From contig JBIQJE010000009.1 of NCBI GenBank assembly GCA_044507625.1, forward strand, positions 31,842 to 95,841: 64,000 nucleotides of DNA, given 5' to 3'. The notes under the pieces are model-generated. The model did not search any database, had not been told where the DNA came from, and saw only the letters and a list, made by a program, of their open reading frames with translations. Positions 55,853-64,000 of this stretch are shown in pieces. This DNA comes from Hyphomicrobiaceae bacterium. Lineage in GTDB: Bacteria; Pseudomonadota; Alphaproteobacteria; Rhizobiales; Hyphomicrobiaceae. The position numbers were made by a program, and so were the translations under genes. Each line of letters begins with the position of its first letter. Within the stretch, counting starts at the first letter, position 1.

Positions 55853-57376
55853 TCATCGCGGTTCCGCGTGCTCGGCGAGCCGGTGGAACATGGCGATGAA
55901 CGCCGGCTCGGGCCTCCGCAGAGGCGGAAGCTCCTGATAGGCCTCCCAGCCGCCGCCAAGAGCCATGTAGAACGCCACATATTGCAGGGCGACGTTCTCG
56001 CGAGCGATTACGGTCAGGTCTTCCGTCTCGAACATCTGCCGTTGGGCATCGAGCACATTGAGGAAATCCGTCAGGCCACGGTCATAGCGCTCTGTCGCGA
56101 GCTTCACCGCGCGCCGGCTCGCTGAAAGCGCCGAATTCAACGCGCTGAGGCGCCTTCGCGCCGCCCGATAGGCAACGAGAGAAGTCTCGACTTTCCCCAC
56201 CGCCGTCAGGATCGCCTTCTTGTAGCCGATGAGCTCCTCGTGGGTCTGCATTTCCTCGACGGCGATGAGCGCATCCAGGCGGCCAAAATCGAGGAAGGGC
56301 CAATAGCCGGAAGGTCCGACCGACCAGATGGGACCGTGGATCACGTTGCCACCCGATGGCGCCACGCGCTGTCCCGCGCCGCCTTGGACGCCGAACCCGG
56401 TCGTGAGCCCAACCGAGGGAAAGAGATCGGCGGTCGCTGCGCCGATCCGCGCATTCGCGGCGGCGAGCTTGCGCTCGGCATAACGGATGTCCGGCCGCGT
56501 CCGCAGCAGCTCCATGGGCGTGCCTGGATCGAGTTCGCCCGGCGCATCCGGAATGCGTCCCGCTCCGAGCTCGGCGACGGTCTCCTCCGGAAATGTATCC
56601 AGCAGCAGCGCCAGGCGGCTTTTCGCGGCGAAGAGTGCCGCCTCGAGATCGGGGATCCGCGCCTGTGACGTCGCCAGGTGCCTCTCGGCGAGCGCGACAT
56701 CAAGCTCGCTGGTGATGCCGCGATCAAAACGCGTGCGCGTCAAATCGACGGAGCCGCGCGCGGTCGCGACGTCGCGCCGGGCATATTGGAGCCGCGCCTG
56801 CAGGGCCCGGATCTGCACGTAGTTGAGCACGACATCGGAAACCACGGTAACGAGAACCGCATTCCGCATCTCGGCCATCGCTTCCGTATCCGCCTCGGCG
56901 GCCTCCAGCAGACGCCGGTATTTGCCGAAGAGGTCGAGATCCCAGCGTCCGTCCAGACCGACGATACGCTGCAGCGATTCGAGGCCCGTCGTGCTGGTGC
57001 CGGAGCGAAGCGAATTCGCCACGCGCCCTTTGGTGAGGTCCGTGCCGCTGCCGGCGGCGATGCCGCCGCTGACCCCGGCCTCCGGGAGCCGGCCCTGACG
57101 CACCACCACTTCCTGCATGCGCGCCTTCTGCACGCGCGTGAGAGCAATCTCGATATCGAGGTTGCATGCGATCGCCCGCTCGATCAAGCCGTTCAATTGC
57201 GGATCGTTGAGCGTCCCCCACCACTGGACGACGCGCGGCTGCCACGAAGCCTCGTGCCTGGCGGCCGCGAAGGTCGCTGGAAGCGGCGGATCCGGCGGAA
57301 AATAGTCGGGGCCGACTGAGCAGCCTGCAAGCATGACGGTCGCGGTCGCCAGCAAACGAAATCCGGGCCTCTGCAT
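55853..57376 (-). CDS. RND efflux outer-membrane factor lipoprotein (NodT family)
   Basis: Lipobox (VMLAGC) followed by SVGPDY, with two OEP repeats. ATG 57376 is preferred over 57433. Confidence 0.9.
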   Translation of the reverse strand: MQRPGFRLLATATVMLAGCSVGPDYFPPDPPLPATFAAARHEASWQPRVVQWWGTLNDPQLNGLIERAIACNLDIEIALTRVQKARMQEVVVRQGRLPEAGVSGGIAAGSGTDLTKGRVANSLRSGTSTTGLESLQRIVGLDGRWDLDLFGKYRRLLEAAEADTEAMAEMRNAVLVTVVSDVVLNYVQIRALQARLQYARRDVATARGSVDLTRTRFDRGITSELDVALAERHLATSQARIPDLEAALFAAKSRLALLLDTFPEETVAELGAGRIPDAPGELDPGTPMELLRTRPDIRYAERKLAAANARIGAATADLFPSVGLTTGFGVQGGAGQRVAPSGGNVIHGPIWSVGPSGYWPFLDFGRLDALIAVEEMQTHEELIGYKKAILTAVGKVETSLVAYRAARRRLSALNSALSASRRAVKLATERYDRGLTDFLNVLDAQRQMFETEDLTVIARENVALQYVAFYMALGGGWEAYQELPPLRRPEPAFIAMFHRLAEHAEPR

Positions 57377-57505
57377 CGAGCCCTGACCCCTTTCCCTTCC
57401 CGGCCGCCATCGCAGCGGAATCCGGCGAGACATTTATGTCGGTGTGCGATCCGTTCGCATTCGAACGGAGCACCGCGACTGGGGTTGCGATAAGCAATGA
57501 ACAGG

Positions 57506-58747
57506 TTAGCGAGCTACAGAGGCGTCGTTGCTGGCAATTTTTACGAGATCACCCTTGCCGATCGAGGCGGGCGGACTTGCGACGACCCGGTCGGTTGCAT
57601 TGAGGCCGTCTACGACTTCGACGTCGACGCCGAGATTACGACCTACACTGATTCTCTTCAACGCGATCCTGCTATCGGGTGTCACCACGGCGACCTCGAG
57701 TCCGTGCTCCCTGAACAGCAGCGCGCTCGCCGGCACGAGCAAGACCGATTCCGTGCCTGGGATCTCCAAGCTGACCTGCGCATAGGTTCCCGGCTGCAGC
57801 AGGCTGTCTGCGTTGTCCGATTGAAGCTCGATGACAGACGTTCGCGATGCGAGGTTGACCGCTTGCGACGTCGCCGCCACGACGGCGTGGAACACCTTTT
57901 CAGGGTATTGGGGCAGCCGCACCTCCGCCTTGAGTCCCGGCACGATTCCGGCCGCCAGGAGCTGCGGCACCTTCATGAAGATGCGCATCCTATGCGTATC
58001 GGCCACTCTGAAGAGTTCTGGCGCGTTTCCTCCGCCCATTCCGCTGCCCGCGTTGATGAGCGCACCGACATCGGTATTGCGTGCAGTGACGGTCCCGTCG
58101 AATGGCGCAACCAATCGCCTGAAGCCTTCGAGTGCCTGCAGACGATTGACCTCGGCCTGCGCGATCTCGGTGTTGGCCTTGGCCGCATCGAGCCGCGCGA
58201 CGGCGCTTTCATAGTCGGATCGCTTGGCCTGTTGCTCTTGCACCGAGACGGAGCCCTTCGGCGAATCCCGCCAGCGCGCATACGTCGTCTTGGCGAACCG
58301 CTGCTCTGCCTCCTTCACTTTGGCATCAGCCTTCCGCGCATCGAGCGTTGCCCGCGCAGCGGCGAGCTGCGCATCCAGCTCGGGTGTCTCGATATCGGCG
58401 AGAACGTCGCCTTTTTTCACGTGCGCGCCGAAATCGAAGTACCATGCTTTCAGATAGCCGTTCACGCGCGCGTATATCGGGGATTCGAACCACGCCTGCA
58501 CATCGCCGGGCAGCACGACCTTCCGATGACTGTCCCCGGCCTTCGGGGTAACCACGTGCACCGTGGCGATCGCGGAGTTCTTCGTCCAATCGGCGACGGC
58601 AACGTCCTGCCTGTGGCGCGAAAGAATGCCGTTCGCAACGCTCCCCGCAGCGAGGATCGCGACGGCGACAGCGGCGATGCGCAACCTTCTCCGCAGGTTG
58701 CCTCCGGAGGCTGGCCGATCATCGGAGTTTTGCCGCGTCTGTGCCAC
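57506..58747 (-). CDS. RND efflux periplasmic adaptor (MFP)
   Basis: One TM anchor, a lipoyl/hairpin layout (V.G.L.....D.G..VKKGDVLA.I..PE) and a coiled-coil hairpin. GTG start 12 nt after the permease stop. Confidence 0.9.
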   Translation of the reverse strand: MAQTRQNSDDRPASGGNLRRRLRIAAVAVAILAAGSVANGILSRHRQDVAVADWTKNSAIATVHVVTPKAGDSHRKVVLPGDVQAWFESPIYARVNGYLKAWYFDFGAHVKKGDVLADIETPELDAQLAAARATLDARKADAKVKEAEQRFAKTTYARWRDSPKGSVSVQEQQAKRSDYESAVARLDAAKANTEIAQAEVNRLQALEGFRRLVAPFDGTVTARNTDVGALINAGSGMGGGNAPELFRVADTHRMRIFMKVPQLLAAGIVPGLKAEVRLPQYPEKVFHAVVAATSQAVNLASRTSVIELQSDNADSLLQPGTYAQVSLEIPGTESVLLVPASALLFREHGLEVAVVTPDSRIALKRISVGRNLGVDVEVVDGLNATDRVVASPPASIGKGDLVKIASNDASVAR

Positions 58748-58759
58748 GCTTCTGTCTCG

Positions 58760-61700
58760 CTAGCTGCCGGGGTGGGTGGATGCGGGCTCCGCTGCATCGT
58801 GCGAGCCCCTGGAACTGCGGCGCCCATGCACGGCGCTGAAGACGACCGGCACGAAGAAGAGCGTTGCCAGCGTCGCAACGAGCAAGCCCCCGATGACCGC
58901 GCGTCCCAGCGGCGCATTCTGCTCGCCGCCTTCCCCCATGGCGAAGGCCATCGGAAGCATTCCGATGATCATCGCGAGGGCGGTCATGATCACGGGCCGG
59001 AAACGCGTGTAGCCCGCTTCCAGAGCGGCCTCGGCGGCGCTGCTGCTCCGCGCGAGCGCTTCGTGAGCGAAACTCACGAGCAGCACGCTGTTGGCTGTTG
59101 CGATACCCATGCACATCAACGCGCCCGTCAAGGCTGGAATGGACAGCGTGGTGCCGGTTAGGAACAGCATCCACACGATGCCGGCGAGCGCCGCCGGAAG
59201 GGCGGTGAGAATGACGAGCGGATCCGTCCAGGACTGGAAGTTGACCGCGATGACGAGATAGATGAGCACGAACGCGGACGCGAGACCGAAGTAGAGCTGC
59301 GCATATGCGCTGCCCATCGTCTCGACCTGTCCGCGCATTGCCACGTACGACCCCGGCGGCAGCAGCTTTTTCGATTGCTCCAGGATCCGATTGATGTCGG
59401 CGCTGACGGCGCCGAGATCACGCCCTTGCACGGCGCCGAATATGTCGATCAGAGGCTGGGAGTCGTAGTGTGAAATAAGTCCCGCTGAAGGACCGAGCCC
59501 TATGTCAGAAAGTCCGCCCAGCAACTGGTTCGGGCCGCCCTGCGCGGACGCCACGGGGACGTTGACGAGGTCCGACATGGTGTCGATCCGATATTGCGGC
59601 ATCTGGACGACGATCGGATAGGAGACACCGTTCGCATCGTTCAGCCAGAAGTTCGGCCTGATCTGGCTGCTGCCGGACAACGTGATGAGAAGGCTGTTGG
59701 CGACGTCGCGCTGGCTGATGCCAACAAGTTTGGCGAGGGACCGGTCAACGGTCACGTTGATTTGCGGGTAGCCGAAGTTCTGTTGAATCCGCAGGTCGGC
59801 GATGCCCGGAATGCCGCTGATCCGGCGAAGCAGATCCGTCGCGTAGGCGTAGTTGGCATCGTGCTTGGGGCCGATGATCTGTATGTCGATGGGTGACGGC
59901 AGTCCGAAATTCAGAATCTGAGCAACGATGTCGGCCGGCAGGAACGAGAAGGTCACGCCTGGATACTTCTGCGGCAGAACCGTCCGCAGCGTCTTGATGT
60001 ACTGCGCCGTCGGCGCGTGCCCGGGAGCGAGCGACACGAGGATATCGGCGTCCTCCGGGCCGATCGTCCCGGTGATGTTGTAGGCGATGTTGATGCCGCT
60101 GATCGGCAGTCCGATGTTGGAGACGATACTCTCGAGCTCGGCTTTCGGGATGATCTGCCGGATGTTCGCGTCGATCTCTCCCGTTAGTCTGGCCGTTTCC
60201 TCGATGCGCGTTCCGATCTGCGCGCGCATGTGCATCAGGATGCGGCCCGCGTCCACCGGGGGGAAGAAGTTCCGGCCGAGGAAAGGTAGGAGGCCGAACG
60301 AGAGAATGACGCAGGCAAGAAAGCCGGCCGCAAACTTCAGCGGGCTAGCAAGCGCCATGCCGAGCAGCGTGTGATAGGTGTCGCAAATCCGGCCGAATGC
60401 GCGCTCGAAACCCGCCTGAAATCGCATGAATGGATTGCGGCTTGGCGGCGTCTGTAGATCGCTCTCGAAGATGGCCCCCTTCGCACCATGCTCGCGCAGC
60501 AGATAGTTGGCGAGTGTCGGCACCAGCGTGCGCGACAGCAGGAAGGAGCCGACCAGCGCAAACGTGACGGCCTCGGCCATTGGCCGGAACAGGTAGCCCA
60601 CGACGCCGCCGAGCTGCAGCATCGGCGCGAAGACGATGCAGATGCAGGTCAGCGTGACGAACGCCGGAAGCACGATCTGCCGGGCTCCATCCATGATGGC
60701 GGCTTCCCGCGCTTTTCCCTGCTCGAGGTGCCAGTTGATATTTTCGAGCGTCACGGTCCCGTCGTCGACGAGAATGCCGACCGCGAGCGCAAGCCCGCCG
60801 AGCGTCATGACGTTGATCGTCTCGCCGACCCACGACAGGGCCGCCAGCGAGAACAGTATCGCGAGCGGAATTTCGACCATGATGATCGCGGTCGAGCGCC
60901 AGTTGCCGAGGAACAGCAGGATCATCAGGCCCGTGAGCACGGCGGCGATCGCGCCTTCGCGCACGACACCCATGACCGCCGCCTTGACGAAGGTTGACTG
61001 ATCGCCGACGGCGTGCAGCTCGAGATCCTTGGGCAGCCCCGCCTTGATGCGGGCAAGCCTCTCCTTCACGCCGGATATGATGTCCAGCGTCGAGGCCGAT
61101 CCCGAATTCAGGATCGACATCAACACCGCCTTCACGCCGTTGACGAAAACGAGGTTCGTCTGCGGCGGTGAGCCTTCGTGGGCGTACGCGACGTCGCGGA
61201 TATAGAGGATGGCGCCATCGGTTCGCTTCAGCGGCAGATCGTTGATCCGTTCGAGAATCGTGGGGCTCGCGTTCAGCGCGACGCTCCATTCGAAATTGCC
61301 GATCTTCTCGGTTCCGGCCGGCAAGATCAGGTTCTGCGCCGAGATCGCATTGACGACGTCGTCGGCGGATACGTGATACGCCTGCATGGCCCGCTGATCG
61401 AGATCCACCTGGACCTGGAGAACCTTGCCGCCGTAAGGCGATGGCAGCGCCGCGCCATTCACCGTAGCGAGCTGCGGCCGTATGAAATTCTGGCCGAGGT
61501 CGAACAGCTGATCTTCCGGCAGCGACTTGCTCGATAGCGCGAGGTTGAGAATCGGGACACTGGAGGCGCTGTAGCGGAGTACGTAGGGCGGCGTAATTCC
61601 GGCCGGCAGAAGCTTGAGCACGGTTTGCGATGCAGCCGTGACCTGCGCGACGGCGGCGCCGATGTCCGTACCCTTCTGAAAGAATATCTTTACGACGCCG

Positions 61701-61966
61701 AAGCCGGTGAGCGACTGGGACTCGATGTGCTGGATGGAGCTCACCTGCGCCGTCAGCTCCCGCTCGTAATAGTAGATGACCCGGTCGGACATATCCTTCG
61801 GGAGCAGGCCGGAATAGGTCCAGACCACGCTGACGACAGGAATGTCGATGCTAGGAAAAATGTCGACGCGCGTGCGTACGGCAGCGAGCGTGCCAAAAAT
61901 CGCAATAAGAAGCGCCAACACGATGAACGTGTACGGGCGCTTTAGGGCTACCTCAACGATCCACAT
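58760..61966 (-). CDS. RND efflux permease (AcrB/HAE family)
   Basis: 1068 aa with a 12-TM architecture and two large periplasmic loops. N-terminus MWIVEVALKRPYTFIVLALLI. Confidence 0.95.
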   Translation of the reverse strand: MWIVEVALKRPYTFIVLALLIAIFGTLAAVRTRVDIFPSIDIPVVSVVWTYSGLLPKDMSDRVIYYYERELTAQVSSIQHIESQSLTGFGVVKIFFQKGTDIGAAVAQVTAASQTVLKLLPAGITPPYVLRYSASSVPILNLALSSKSLPEDQLFDLGQNFIRPQLATVNGAALPSPYGGKVLQVQVDLDQRAMQAYHVSADDVVNAISAQNLILPAGTEKIGNFEWSVALNASPTILERINDLPLKRTDGAILYIRDVAYAHEGSPPQTNLVFVNGVKAVLMSILNSGSASTLDIISGVKERLARIKAGLPKDLELHAVGDQSTFVKAAVMGVVREGAIAAVLTGLMILLFLGNWRSTAIIMVEIPLAILFSLAALSWVGETINVMTLGGLALAVGILVDDGTVTLENINWHLEQGKAREAAIMDGARQIVLPAFVTLTCICIVFAPMLQLGGVVGYLFRPMAEAVTFALVGSFLLSRTLVPTLANYLLREHGAKGAIFESDLQTPPSRNPFMRFQAGFERAFGRICDTYHTLLGMALASPLKFAAGFLACVILSFGLLPFLGRNFFPPVDAGRILMHMRAQIGTRIEETARLTGEIDANIRQIIPKAELESIVSNIGLPISGINIAYNITGTIGPEDADILVSLAPGHAPTAQYIKTLRTVLPQKYPGVTFSFLPADIVAQILNFGLPSPIDIQIIGPKHDANYAYATDLLRRISGIPGIADLRIQQNFGYPQINVTVDRSLAKLVGISQRDVANSLLITLSGSSQIRPNFWLNDANGVSYPIVVQMPQYRIDTMSDLVNVPVASAQGGPNQLLGGLSDIGLGPSAGLISHYDSQPLIDIFGAVQGRDLGAVSADINRILEQSKKLLPPGSYVAMRGQVETMGSAYAQLYFGLASAFVLIYLVIAVNFQSWTDPLVILTALPAALAGIVWMLFLTGTTLSIPALTGALMCMGIATANSVLLVSFAHEALARSSSAAEAALEAGYTRFRPVIMTALAMIIGMLPMAFAMGEGGEQNAPLGRAVIGGLLVATLATLFFVPVVFSAVHGRRSSRGSHDAAEPASTHPGS

Positions 61967-62337
61967 CGCGCTTCGCGCTGCCAGCCAGGTCCGCTGGCGT
62001 CACCTGGCTCGACCTCGGAATGCTGAGCACTGACCCCGCGGGTACGCTCATTCCGCACCCCTGTCGTCAAAGTACCAGTCTGCCTCAGGAACCTTCAGTT
62101 CACGTTAAAAGCCGTTCGTGGATTGCACGCTTCTGCGCCGGACCGTGCGCAACTGGCCGCCCTGCATGATCCGGCACTTCACGATCGGATGCGCATTCTG
62201 TCGTGAACCTCTCCGGCGACTTACCGATCCGTAAGGAGGGCGGCAGGCGATTGCAGACCCGCGCGCCGCTGCCCACCTATTTCAATGTTTCAACGGAGTT
62301 GAGGGGGAGATATTCGCAGCAAAGGAAGGAGACCGCC

Positions 62338-62736
62338 ATGTCGAGCTCAGCAATGTCGAGCTTCGCAAGAATGAGCCTCGCGTTGATAGCAGGTGCTCTC
62401 ATGCTCGAAGCGCCGATGGTGACCGCAGCCGCGGCCGCCGATAAGTTTCCCCCGTCGGTGATCGCATTGAACCAGAAGATGAAAGATGGCGGTGTCTCGA
62501 TCACGTACGCCAACTTCCCGGAGAAGGGCACACTCGCAATCCTCGAGCGAGAAGCAGGCCACCGCCACGGCGAGAAGCGGATCGGTCATGTGGCGGTCGA
62601 TGCGGGCGACCATCGCAACATCCATGTGTCGCTCAGTCCGCAGCCGTCGCCCGGCGCGCACCTGACGGCTGTCGTGGAGCGCGGCAACGGAAAGACAGGG
62701 AAGCCCGCCGCCGAGCAGACCTTCAAGGTGCTCTGA
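62338..62736 (+). CDS. small secreted protein, unknown
   Basis: Strong SD (AAGGAAGGAG), a signal peptide (..MVTAAAAA) and 132 aa. The ORF-track N-terminus (from 62203) is non-coding. Confidence 0.55.
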   Translation: MSSSAMSSFARMSLALIAGALMLEAPMVTAAAAADKFPPSVIALNQKMKDGGVSITYANFPEKGTLAILEREAGHRHGEKRIGHVAVDAGDHRNIHVSLSPQPSPGAHLTAVVERGNGKTGKPAAEQTFKVL

Positions 62737-63292
62737 GCTCCGGCCTCGAAATAGGCTGCCGGACGAAGCGTCCGGCAGGCTCCGGCGATCGGTAGGCGCC
62801 AATCATGTGGACCGGCCATTGGACCGGCCATGTGGATCGGCCAGCCATCCGGCAACGGAAGACTGGCCGACCGGTGAAGTGCCGGTCCAATTCCTGCCGA
62901 TGTGGTTGAGCTGAAGCTGCCGACGGCAGGATTGCTGGCGAAGCGCTCCATCGATCTCTCGCCGGCACGGCCGCTTCAGAGCCTACCGCCAGCCCGATGC
63001 CGGCGCATGGGCTGGCGGATATCCGTAACCACCCCTCCATTCGGTCCCTGCACCCCTCCATTCGCTCTCCTTCACCCCATGGCGCGATCGTGAATTGCCT
63101 TTACGGTCCAAGGCCATGAGTATCGGGATGCGATGTTGTGCGTCCTCGCCGCGCTTGACCCTGGATCGGGGTCACCCTCTCATGCCGTGCGGAAGCGGAC
63201 GCCGAAAGCATTGTGCCATCTCGCCGGGCCGATCTGCCCGGGCGTAGATGGGCTGAGGGGCGTCCCAAAATTTCCCGCACGAAGGCGAAGCG

Positions 63293-63991
63293 ATGGATCA
63301 ATCCGACTGGCAGATCGTGCGTTCGACACCCCTTTTTGGCACCGTCTCGCTGGAGGTGGCGCAGTCCATCATCGGCCACCAGCCGGTGACTGTGCACCAG
63401 AAGGGCGACACGCTATTTCACCAGGGCGATCCGGCCGATTCCTTCTTCGTGCTGCTGGGTGGCTGGGTGAAGCTCTACCGCGTCACGCACGACGGCAATG
63501 AAGCCGTCGTCGGGGTGTTCAAGCCGGGGGAAACCTTCGCCGAAGCCGCGATGTTCCTCGGCGGACGCTATCCGGTCAGCGCCGAGGTCGTCACCAACGC
63601 GCGCCTGCTCCGCGTCGACGGCAAGATGCTGCGCCGCCGGATCAAGGAGCAGCCGGAGCTTGCGCTTTCGATGCTGGCGTCGGCCTCCTACCATCTGAAA
63701 TACCTCGTCGAGCACATCGAGCACATCAAGGTGCTCTCCGCGCCGCAGCGCGTCGCCGAGTTCCTGGTGCGCCTCGCCAACGTCCGCGAGGGCGGCGCGG
63801 TGATCGAGCTTCCCTACGAAAAGGCATTGCTGGCCAATCGCTTGGGCATGAAGCCGGAAAGTCTCTCCCGCGCCCTCGCCAAGCTGCGCCCGCTCGGGGT
63901 GAGCGTCGACCGCGAGCAGGTCTCGATTGTGGATGTGGCCCTGCTGGCCGGGTTCGTCGATTCCAGCGACCGCGGCGACGAAGGCTTCTGA
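63293..63991 (+). CDS. Crp/Fnr family transcriptional regulator
   Basis: A cNMP-binding-like beta-barrel (FHQGDPADSFFVLLGGWVKLYR) plus a C-terminal HTH (LANRLGMKPESLSRALAKL). It lacks the N-terminal Cys cluster of true FNR. Confidence 0.9.
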   Translation: MDQSDWQIVRSTPLFGTVSLEVAQSIIGHQPVTVHQKGDTLFHQGDPADSFFVLLGGWVKLYRVTHDGNEAVVGVFKPGETFAEAAMFLGGRYPVSAEVVTNARLLRVDGKMLRRRIKEQPELALSMLASASYHLKYLVEHIEHIKVLSAPQRVAEFLVRLANVREGGAVIELPYEKALLANRLGMKPESLSRALAKLRPLGVSVDREQVSIVDVALLAGFVDSSDRGDEGF

Positions 63992-64000
63992 GGAGCCCGC

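Noticed and set aside
57497-59161. 554-aa plus ORF antisense to the RND adaptor
   Set aside because: This is a shadow ORF. The adaptor and permease on the minus strand have clear architectures.
62088-62116. GGAAC ... CGTT upstream of the 62338 gene as an EcfG promoter
   Set aside because: The spacers are 10 or 20 nt, not 16-17, so this does not fit the consensus geometry.

Overview
High-GC chromosomal segment (hand counts of typical 60-nt lines give about 65-72% G+C). Gene content and signals look alphaproteobacterial, Hyphomicrobiales/Rhizobiales-like: a GAAC-N7-GAAC SOS box and a GGAAC-N16-CGTT EcfG-type promoter. I call about 60 protein genes and one tRNA. The backbone is housekeeping: radical-SAM + rnhB, moaB, family-4 UDG, ETF-QO, TPR protein + ispE, ispB, glyQ/glyS, an ABC-F ATPase, ndk, purM/purN, pgsA, an AI-2E permease, hdaA, ppk1-ppx, a CbpA-like J-protein, rnd, aspS and tRNA-Leu(UAA). 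Four patches look accessory. 13.9-17.9 kb holds gdx/sugE, a VOC protein, a Tat-exported MBL hydrolase, AraC and a GNAT. 27.3-30.3 kb holds a DHFR-family protein, a cytochrome c and a P450. 43.6-52 kb holds an OmpA-repeat protein, a TonB-like protein, DoxX, CsbD, several small or secreted unknowns and an Ntn hydrolase. 55.8-63.3 kb holds a lower-GC RND efflux operon next to the tRNA. I found no CRISPR array, transposase, integrase, prophage or recognisable defence/toxin system. I cannot point to a convincing novel multi-gene system. The most unusual observations are: (1) an in-frame, low-GC segment of about 270 bp inside essential glyS, plus two unknown ORFs wedged between glyQ and glyS; (2) a 43-nt hairpin repeat present as triple tandem arrays at two loci, one of them inside an insertion that splits purM from purN and carries an antisense His-rich gene; (3) a 116-123-bp GC-rich tandem repeat that overlaps the stop codon of a cytochrome c gene; (4) a DUF3147 gene interrupted by an in-frame TGA where Trp is expected; (5) a structured gdx leader with an ACGG-tetraloop hairpin (guanidine-II-like); (6) a periplasmic OmpA-family protein built from eight Cys-pair repeats; (7) a tRNA-adjacent RND operon in the order permease-adaptor-OMF. 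All function calls rest on motif recognition by eye. No searches were run. Start codons are often ambiguous, and the ORF track translates GTG/TTG starts as M.
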